From Leptogorgia sarmentosa (Eukaryota), in contig OZ210885.1 of the NCBI GenBank assembly GCA_964658305.1, positions 9,362,001-9,426,000 on the forward strand: 64,000 nt of DNA, written 5' to 3'. Position numbers and translations under genes: made by a program. Below are positions 57,701 through 64,000 of the stretch, piece after piece; the stretch's first letter is position 1, and each line of letters begins with the position of its first letter. Under the pieces are notes generated by a model. It did not search any database. It was not told the DNA's origin and saw only the letters and a program-made list of their open reading frames with translations.

Positions 57701-60700
57701 TTCTGCGAACTCGAATCGTATATGCGCTGATAGTCGACGAGGCGCGTAGCGCCGAGTCGACTATCAGTCATATACGACGAGAGTGAGCAGAATAACTGTT
57801 TTATTATGTACACAAGCACTGGACAAAAACACTTCCAAATTTATTTGTATTTTAGTTAATAACTGAATTTTCAAAGTGTTCTATCGCTTTGAAATCGACA
57901 TATTTACAAAAACAGTTTTACTTGATAAATACACGCCAAAAAGCATGGAAAAAACAACAGTTACGGAATTAAAATAGTTGACGTTTCGTTTAAACTATAG
58001 CTAGTTTTAAATTTCAGCTGTTTTCATCTGTATTTTTCTGCATTTGAAAGTACAACACAAATTTTACAGTTGTAAAATGTCAACAAACAGCAACAAGCGA
58101 TCCAACTCAATCAAGCGATGAATTTTACAGCGTCGAGTCCGGTTTTCCAGATTGAAAACTGCACAATAACCATTTACAACTAAACTTCTTGAGTTTTATT
58201 CTTTTAATCGGTCGCAAAGACGTTTTTAACTGCTGAAAACTTCAATTCCAGCCTCGCTCTTTCCGCCATTTTGTTTGTTTTTCTCTACTAGCAGGATATG
58301 AGCTAATATCCTGCTAGTAGAGAACCAATCAGATTGCAGAATAGCTCATATCCAGCGCTTGTGTATATAATAAAGACAATTATTGTTGAGTTTGGTTGTT
58401 CCTCATGTAACCTTTAGGGTTTATTTGCTGTACTTTATTAAAGTGGTCTCTTGGGAGTATGGTGGTTGTTTCAGACCGTTACGTTGAAATCTACCATATG
58501 TTTTCCCATATATTTCGACCGGAGTTTGTGAAGTATAATTTAAATTACACAAAGGCCTCTTAGGCCTGTTAGTGTAATTATGATTATACGAGCAAACGAA
58601 GGGAGAAATATATGGGCCCACCCTTAACCGTCAAGCGGTTTTTTCTCCCGGACCCTGTCTCCTTTTGTTTTCGGTCTGTCGGACGTGTTGAAAAAAAGCC
58701 GACGGTGCACCGGGGGGTTGGCGTATTTATACCCGGGGTCATGTGACCTTTCTCTCTTCTTTCTTGTTCTCTTCCGGTTCCGGAAGCGTTGAAACGTGAG
58801 TTAGAGCACTGTAAGGCAAGCTTTACCATATGTTTTCCCATATATTTCTCCCTTCGTTTGCTCGTATAATCATAATTACACTAACAGGCCTAAGAGGCCT
58901 TTGTGTAATTTAAATTTGCTTCGCTGAATGAAAGTGAACTCTTTTAAATGTATAATAAAACAATTATTGGATTCGGCTTTCGCATGATGTCAAGAATTAT
59001 TCAGACCTCGGTCAATGTTATCCGCCTCAGCTTCGCTTCGGCAGATAACATTGACCTCGGTCTGAATAATTCTTGATATCATGCTCAGCCTCATCCAATA
59101 ATTGTTTATTATTTCAAAATTAAAAATTTCAGCTAATTACATCATATCGAAATTTAAAGATAACCTGTGGATCATTTTACTATTTTCTGTACTATTTTCA
59201 TTTTTTCGTCAAAAGCATGTTCGTTTTTTTTAAACTACGATGAAGATTGGTTCGCGGCTCTTACACTAACGTCGCCATTTTAAAAACGCAAATTTATTGC
59301 CGGGAAAGGATCACGTGATCGATATCTTCACAAATGAAGAAATGGAAAATATCTCACTCTTATACTGTGTGTTTTTTGGTATCTAACTTTGGTATCTATG
59401 TTATAAAACTACTCGACTTGGACAAACAACAACTATAGAGCTATAGATAGTATGAAATTTATTTTCGGCTTAAAAATCATTGAATAAAGTTTCAAAATAT
59501 CTTGATTTTCTGTATCATGGTTTCATGTGGTCATGTAGTTTTATTACTTCATCATATTTTTGTAATAATCGCAATCTTTTGTGTTAGGGTTAGGCTTGCA
59601 TCGCTTTGAGCGTAAAAAAGTAAAGAACGTAAATAGTGCTCAGTGCAGTACAGTATGCAAAATGTCGCATGCCTCAAGCTGATATTCATTTCAAATTTCC
59701 CAGTTGAAGCAATATACCTTTCCCATCCATACAAGTCTGACTGAGATTTCTATGTTGAGTTTATATTCATAAGTATATTAATTCAACATCAAGATGATCT
59801 CAATACACGGAAAAGGACTGAGACTAGTTGTCAAATTCAAATCCATTTTTCAATTGAAATCTCGCATAATGTAATTTATTTCATTTCCATAGTTTTCTCA
59901 GGGCTAAAGTTCTCATAACGAAATATAATTGCAAAATTTCAACTAGTTTAATACAGAATAACAAAAGATATAATCGAGTGAATATGGCATAATGGATTTC
60001 CGTCCGGACAGCATTCTAAAACTCACACCTTCAGTTGTCACAAGTTCAATAAAAATTGATATGTTACCTAGAATTAACATATCATTACATTATAGAAACA
60101 ACGCCTTATGCATGACCTGTGTGTTCGGAATCAATTTCATCCAATAAATGTAGCACTATAAAAGCCACCAAGCACTCATATAGTCAAATTACTGGAATAT
60201 TATAAACTGCTTTACACCTACAAAAATTTCAACCATCTGCAAGTTTGACAAAGAAATAATTCTTACAAAAAGAAAATAAATCTTGTATAACGTAAAGTTT
60301 GACCCACAAGCAGGAAAAACGGCGCGCATGCCTTCCCGAACTAAGTTTAAAAACAAAGTACTGTAAGAGAAAAATAACAAGATATCACTGAATAAACAAA
60401 AATATTTATATTTGGGTCATAAAAAAAGGAAAGGGTATGACAAAAAAATGATCCGAATATAGAAGGAGGAAAATTCGTACAGTAGACACCAAAGTTAATA
60501 TAAAATCTAACATGTTACAGCAATTTCCCGGGAAAATAAATATACCAAGACGTAAATTATGAAGCGAATTATATAATTCAACGCATCATATTTATAATTA
60601 AACTGAAGTAAACACCAATGCAACTGTATCCCTCTAATTGCATGTGTAACAAGTTAACCCGGTGCGTAATAAACAATTTGAAAAGAGGATAATACATATC

Positions 60701-61249
60701 AACATTGTGAATACAGTCATATCTTATTTTGATATCATTGTGGTCAATTCCGTTGATTGTCGAAACTTCCAAGAACTGTACGAATTAAACATTAATTACA
60801 CAGGCGTGTACTAACTATTTTTATTAATTACACCGTTCCGAGCCGGCGTTGATTTTAAAAACAACCAAAACAACGCAGTATTAATTGCATATATGTTTGT
60901 TGATCAGAAATACCACTCGTAATCGGAAGTCGTTCATCTTATTTTGCTGAGAAAATAACCAATGTTGTATTAAGCAGTAATTTATTATTTTGACAGGTTG
61001 AGCGGATAAATGCCAAAGGAATTGTGCATCGTTACAAATCAGATGTGTGGTGTAGAATTGAAACAATTCGCGTGGTCCAGAACTTCCTCTTTGGTGTTCT
61101 TTCTAACAAGTGGGTAGTTGATAATGGAGCTGGAGAGCGAACATCGGTCAGAAAGTGGAAACTGAACGAAAAGCGGTACGACGAGAATTCTGAATTTACT
61201 AAAAGAGTTTTAAGGGTGAACAATTCTGACAGCCATGTGGCTGTTTTAG
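18167..61249 (+). CDS. Multi-exon APAF-1-like STAND protein: HEPN-like N-terminus, coiled coil, NB-ARC, helical domain, WD40 repeats (3' end not found in window)
   Basis: Exons 18167-18749, 19791-19885, 22141-22324, 23599-23936, 24481-25123, 26126-26536, 28612-28857, 32398-32616, 36512-36721, 39508-39748, 42837-43075, 44859-44965, 46984-47386, 49522-50123, 60997-61249. All GT-AG with matching phases, 4774 nt with no stop seen. Motifs: RNPWAH, GMGGLGKT, LVILDDVW, LITTRN, GDLPLAL, LHD, repeated GH...WD-type units. Confidence 0.85.
19791..19885 (+). CDS. Coding exon 2 (linker helix)
   Basis: TTTCCAG|AC...AAG|GTTTGA, phase 1 to 0. DILVDGRHAKLIAESVAELCRCIKNYDLDATK. Confidence 0.65.
21225..22020 (+). 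mobile_element. Degenerate Crypton-like non-autonomous element
   Basis: CTGATTGG boxes, decayed ORF start ATGGCTGCC...TCGAAAAATGAAAATACCGCCAAA, and a long terminal hairpin at about 21868-21991 (GCAATTTGGAAAAAACAT...ATGTTTTTTCCAAATTGC). Confidence 0.4.
22141..22324 (+). CDS. Coding exon 3 (coiled coil)
   Basis: CTATTCAG|ATA...AAAG|GTAGTG, phase 0 to 1. Heptad-like MEKLDNIQSTLLRKIKEVERSAAENSMELKRLAEKTDEIE. Confidence 0.75.
23599..23936 (+). CDS. Coding exon 4: NB-ARC P-loop
   Basis: VVGIRGMGGLGKTILA Walker A. TGTAG acceptor, ACG|GTATGT donor. Confidence 0.92.
24481..25123 (+). CDS. Coding exon 5: NB-ARC Walker B, sensor 1, GxP motif and winged helix
   Basis: CLVILDDVW, LLITTRN, CGDLPLALSLVG, FLDFALFPED...LELFW. 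Confidence 0.92.
26126..26536 (+). CDS. Coding exon 6: LHD motif and APAF-1-like helical domain
   Basis: YRLHDLL, DYYFKYLTHHL, LFFNFNWLYEKV, PQLLG. TTTCAG acceptor, TTAG|GTAA donor. Confidence 0.9.
28612..28857 (+). CDS. Coding exon 7: end of helical domain and first WD40 repeat
   Basis: GRLL...LIPEFSCLDLGG...VICGFWNGSITIFDLDTG, phase 1 to 1. Confidence 0.85.
31048..32190 (+). mobile_element. Internally deleted Kolobok DNA transposon with THAP and probable KolX remnants
   Basis: TTAA TSD at 31044-31047 and 32191-32194. TIRs of about 130 bp begin AGT(A/G)CCTATATCAGGGTCAGGG. Frameshifted THAP from 31363 (MPHRCAVYGCSN...KW...KICSRHF...VYPTI). Convergent ORF 31891-31646 has PYQDEPIA. Confidence 0.85.
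32398..32616 (+). CDS. Coding exon 8: WD40
   Basis: LLGHSERVSCLAVSQSGTILASGSWDRSTILWRM. Confidence 0.9.
33973..35370. mobile_element. 1.4-kb non-autonomous TIR element
   Basis: About 85-bp TIRs (GACGATGAGATAGATGG...CTGTAATAA) flanked by the direct repeat GAATAAC (5, 7 or 9 bp depending on where the ends are placed). Each TIR has an internal hairpin. Confidence 0.8.
36512..36721 (+). CDS. Coding exon 9: WD40
   Basis: DGQFIATVGYRDKTIKLWKADT...CHTDWVTCV. Confidence 0.88.
39508..39748 (+). CDS. Coding exon 10: WD40
   Basis: LVSASHDGTIKIWDL...IISGDDEGSVRLWCL...EGHTADI. Confidence 0.9.
40407..42718. mobile_element. Non-autonomous CACTA/EnSpm-type element with CACTG termini
   Basis: Ends CACTGTTATTTTAGGGG and CCCCTAAAATAACAGTG with 2-bp TSD TG. 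Repeated GGAGTTAAAATAACTCC motifs near both ends. Confidence 0.82.
42837..43075 (+). CDS. Coding exon 11: WD40
   Basis: ALTASWDGSIRVWNL...DHSTDVTDITIARDGPICVSASNDGTFKVWNL. Confidence 0.9.
43787..44076. mobile_element. 290-bp palindromic MITE inside an older inverted-repeat element (about 43417-44297)
   Basis: AGGAGATCGCT.GATGGTATACTCC and GGAGTATACCATCTAGCGATCTCCT bound a near-perfect palindrome. Degenerate outer inverted repeats at about 43420-43540 and 44170-44297. Confidence 0.8.
44859..44965 (+). CDS. Coding exon 12: WD40 (not in the ORF track)
   Basis: AATAG|GT...AAAG|GTATGG. GDLEWAKHVAVSADGRYVVSLSKEVLRTNPTKSSIK joins VWNL of the next exon in phase. Confidence 0.85.
46984..47386 (+). 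CDS. Coding exon 13: WD40
   Basis: VWNLSDG...VRFSSDGLHVIIGCKDNHVFIWDW. Confidence 0.88.
48341..48605. mobile_element. Harbinger-like palindromic MITE
   Basis: Ends AGGGCCATTTATACGA and TCGTATAAATGGCCCT, 3-bp flanks TAT/TAT, internal AGCCGCGGCT palindromes. Confidence 0.8.
49066..49296. mobile_element. Harbinger-like MITE
   Basis: Ends GGCCGTTTTCCATT and AATGGAAAACGGCC with TTA TSD. Confidence 0.8.
49522..50123 (+). CDS. Coding exon 14: WD40
   Basis: GHPDDSIVTAIDITSNGKFALSGSSSG...AHEVAISQV...FASGSIGGSVKLWNV. Donor GAG|GTATGT. Confidence 0.88.
51626..51633 (+). promoter_or_regulatory. TATA-like box in the DIRS left ITR, mirrored in the right ITR
   Basis: TATAAATA 130 bp upstream of the gag ATG. 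Reverse complement near 58724-58731. Confidence 0.45.
51756..52975 (+). pseudogene. DIRS ORF1 (Gag-like), frameshifted near 52352
   Basis: ORF 51756-52403 and ORF 52475-52975 are joined by a second-frame stretch PETDACVAPLLDKQILD...LLNSAGPL. C-terminal IRRKKIL...LFGEDL is typical of DIRS ORF1. Confidence 0.8.
52918..56885 (+). pseudogene. DIRS ORF2: reverse transcriptase, RNase H and adenine-methyltransferase-like domain, interrupted by a 1.9-kb insertion
   Basis: FYSRMFLVPKKGGSFRPVIDL, LDLKDAY, LPFGL, YLDD, SDASKMGWG, HINVLEL, DNTTA, VDLFAS, YAFPPF. Removing 53443-55331 restores FIWQDQVYQF in frame. Confidence 0.92.
53443..55324. mobile_element. 1.88-kb fold-back element with ~800-bp TIRs inserted in the DIRS RT
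   Basis: Ends CAACAAGGGGGAATTTCG and CGAAATTCCCCCTTGTTG, TSD GCAGGAC (boundary ambiguous, 5-11 bp). Mirrored identical ORFs at 53782+ and 54985-. Confidence 0.92.
55332..57676 (+). CDS. DIRS ORF3 tyrosine recombinase (recognisable domain from about 56690), overlapping ORF2
   Basis: RRSTNKAYDSAWGKW, LLMLLALISPERSS, LCPLGCLEAY, FKAHSTRAAS, GDW, FRQFYYKP: R, HxxR, W and Y catalytic residues present. Confidence 0.92.
57689..58373 (-). mobile_element. Crypton-like non-autonomous element in the DIRS 3' region
   Basis: 23-bp inverted repeat at 57801-57823 and 58351-58373, terminal hairpin 57693-57800, CTGATTGG box and ATGGCG start on the minus strand. Confidence 0.6.
60997..61249 (+). CDS. Probable coding exon 15 (degenerate beta-propeller)
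   Basis: TTTTGACAG|GTT is in phase 0 with exon 14. VERINAKGIVHRYKSDVWCRIETIRVV...SVRKWKL...HVAVLG, donor TTAG|GTAATT. Confidence 0.65.
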
Positions 61250-62375
61250 GTAATTTATTTCATTTTTTAATCTCAATTGCAACAACGTGTGGTTCCTCAA
61301 TTCTTCAAGTTTCAGCACAGCCTTACTCCCCGACATTCCGTCCACGCCCTTGTTTCCCCGTCCACTGCACAACTGCCTAGACACGAGACTTTTCAAACCA
61401 ACAAGAAGTTATCCAAGCAATGGAAGTAACATGCGAATATGCTTCATTTTGAACCTCCGAATGCGAAACCTCCCCTGCGAATATACCGCATTCCAGTAGG
61501 CTTAACCTCACGTAACACCACGTGCATTACCAGTTTGACTTGCAACTATGTTATTTAACAAGTATTCGCACGGAAACTTCGAGCATTACCCACAGTTTAG
61601 TCTGCGTGTATTTTCCCTGAGCGTACGAGCGTAAGGCCTGGCGAGGGTACTAAGTCCGCCCGGCAATTTTCACCCGGGAAAATAAAAAACCAAGGCAAGT
61701 TGGAAGACCTGTCGTGGATAGACCACCCACTGATCTGAGAACTGGATTATGCGAATCCTGCAATTAAGCCTCACTCCTTTATGAGAAAATTGATAAGAGC
61801 ACTCTCTGCAGTCTTTCTTTAGCTCAGTGGTTCGTGTCTTAGCCAGTCAGCGCTCAGAAAGAGTTGTCCGAATGGAAATCCATTTCGCTATATTCACTCG
61901 ATTATATCTTCCGTTGTTCTGTATGAAACTAGTTGAAATTTCATAATTATGTTTGGTTATGAGAACTATAGCTCTGACAAAAATATGGAATCAAAATGAA
62001 GTATATAATGGCAGAAATTCATTTGTTTCAATCGAAAAATGGTATGGTACATCTAGTCGCAGTCCTTGAGTGTATTGAGATCACCTGATAGATAGGCATG
62101 TTTGCATATCGGCTATATGAGTCAGCAATATTCCTTGACTAATTGACCCTTCGATCAGGCAGTTTTAGCTGCATGTTACGAAACGTCTGATTTAAAGCTA
62201 TGTTATTCAGACGAGACTCGCTGAAAATTTGTGCACATAAGTCCCTTCTATTAATATTCCCTAATTAGTATGTCATGTAAAGAATAGTGAAAAGGGAGTG
62301 TAGTAGCGGTCTACGTGAACAATTTCTGAGACGGCTACTTAAATAACGTGACCTCTGGACCCAGCCTGCTCCACA

Positions 62376-63862
62376 CGCGCTTTACGCTTTTAATAGAAAT
62401 TATACTAATGTTTGCGGGCGCAAATTCTGAGGTGCGCGGGAAGTTTTGACACTTGCGGGAAAGTTGAGGTGTCAAAAGTACCCGCGCATTCCTAAATTTT
62501 TTAAAAACAATATGTATCAATGTTTTGACAAAGCGCGTTTTATACTCACACCTCTATTTCAAGGACATTGAAATAATTTCATTGCGTAGTGGATTAACTG
62601 TTAAGTTTTTAACATTCCATTTTCGAAACAAATTCTAATTAATGAGCGATTTTTACTCAGGGCTTTCGATGGAAACCGCATTTAGCCCATCACTCATCGC
62701 TAAACTTCACAATTATAAACAGCTTATAACGATGAGACTAGTACCAATCTTTGCCGAATATTACATATTTGACCAATTTTGAATTGGTTGGAGTTGTAAT
62801 CTCACTGGCGGAAAATGAGTGGACTCAATAACGACTGAAACCAATAAGATTACATTCGGGGTTGAATGGTGCGCAGCTGATTACTCGAACTCGATAGAAT
62901 GGACGATACACAATTGAACACGGACACAGCCCGTAAATACGGTTAAACTTTATGCCAATCCAATGTTAACGAAATAGAATACAATCGTATACAATCGGTT
63001 CGAACTAGATAATGCAACGATGAAAAATACCTACTTAAACTACGAAAAACACTCTTGCGTGACTATATCATGAAGCACGCGATCGCACGGCGAATACGCA
63101 CGACTATAACTAAATGAACTAGATCATAACCTAACATGCATTACCTAAACATTAAGTGTAAATTTCAATTGGATATATACAACAACTAATTCATTTAACG
63201 ACATATAAGACGTACAATTGCAATGAACAAGAAAGGTCAAAATGTGAACTCACGTTGGTTTACACGCGCATCAAATGACTTTACTATATATATCGCTTGA
63301 AAACCACTGCGAGTACGTAGTACGTAGAAAACGTTGTAGATAGAATGATACTTGAATACTTCAATATTTCACTGCTATGGCGATAGCGGATAGAAAAACT
63401 TGTCCTTACACGACGAAACGTACTAGAGAATGACCTTACCAGAGTCACACAACTAACTAAAAAAGACGATTCCCTGGGCGCAACTAGACTGACATGTGAT
63501 TGACACCAGGCTGCATAATTTGCGTCCCGTGATTAAGGTGATGACGCTTACGAAACATTCGCGTTTTAAAACTAATAGGAGTTAGTTACCAATAACTTAT
63601 TTGTAAAAGTGACCAATATTTAATTGCTCATATATATTAACCAATTGTGAATTGGTTTAAATGACCAATTGACATTGGTTGCAACCTAAAAAATTGGTCA
63701 TTTTAAACAATCTGTTTTCACAGTGTACCTCCCCCACAGGCGCTTTATGCTTTTAATAGAAATTATACTAATGTCTCCGGGCGCAAATTCTGGGAGGCGC
63801 GGGAAGTTTTGACACTTGCGGGAAAGTTGAGGTGTCAAAACTACCCGCGCATTCCTAAATTT
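62376..63862. repeat. Pair of ~120-bp direct repeats (about 62376-62497 and 63740-63862)
   Basis: Shared GCTTTTAATAGAAATTATACTAATG...CCCGCGCATTCCTAAATTT. Confidence 0.75.
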
Positions 63863-64000
63863 ACGCCCGCACCTATTACTAATTTCTATGAGAGCATAAA
63901 CGCGCCTCGTAACAGCCACTATAAATATAAAACATGGCTATCAACCCAAAATTGATCACAAAAATTGCCTCGCGTAACATTGCCTTAACAGATTTAAAAA

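Larger units (their letters stand above)
51486..58916 (+). mobile_element. Full-length DIRS1-like tyrosine-recombinase retrotransposon
   Basis: Inverted terminal repeats at about 51510-51665 and 58691-58846. Internal complementary region 58492-58616. gag, RT-RNaseH-methyltransferase-like and YR ORFs. ATT at both junctions. Confidence 0.95.
51238..59107 (+). mobile_element. Crypton-like non-autonomous element split by the DIRS insertion (51238-51488 plus 58914-59107)
   Basis: Removing the DIRS restores MACSRFASLNESEL. 17-bp inverted repeat TTATTATACATTTAAAA at 51238 and 58942-58958, then a hairpin of about 150 bp. Confidence 0.7.

Noticed and set aside
18167..61249. Assigning the symbol APAF1
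   Set aside because: No CARD is visible and orthology cannot be shown without a phylogeny.
61815..61860. tRNA-like A box TAGCTCAGTGG
   Set aside because: No B box or cloverleaf follows; at most a SINE relic.
62661..62783. Possible terminal exon after TTTTACTCAG (GLSMETAFSPSLIAK...DQF*)
   Set aside because: Phase-compatible, but with no WD40 character or other support.

Overview
AT-rich, intron-rich animal genomic DNA, not prokaryotic. The gene and repeat content suggest a cnidarian, possibly an octocoral (inference). The main feature is one + strand gene with at least 15 coding exons (18167 to 61249 or beyond). All introns are GT-AG and phase-consistent, giving about 1590 codons. It encodes an APAF-1-like STAND receptor: an N-terminal HEPN-type domain with an RxxxxH motif where APAF-1 has a CARD, then a coiled coil, NB-ARC ATPase, helical domain and many WD40 repeats. 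Introns and flanks are full of mobile DNA. Intron 14 holds a structurally complete DIRS1-type tyrosine-recombinase retrotransposon, itself nested in a Crypton-like element and carrying two further insertions. Also present: two CACTA/EnSpm derivatives, a deleted Kolobok, Harbinger MITEs, long palindromic fold-back elements, a Penelope 3' fragment with a hammerhead-like core, a LINE ORF1 fragment, a disrupted exon at the left edge, and a 3-kb tandem duplication upstream of the gene. No rRNA, tRNA or CRISPR could be supported. All calls come from reading the sequence by eye.
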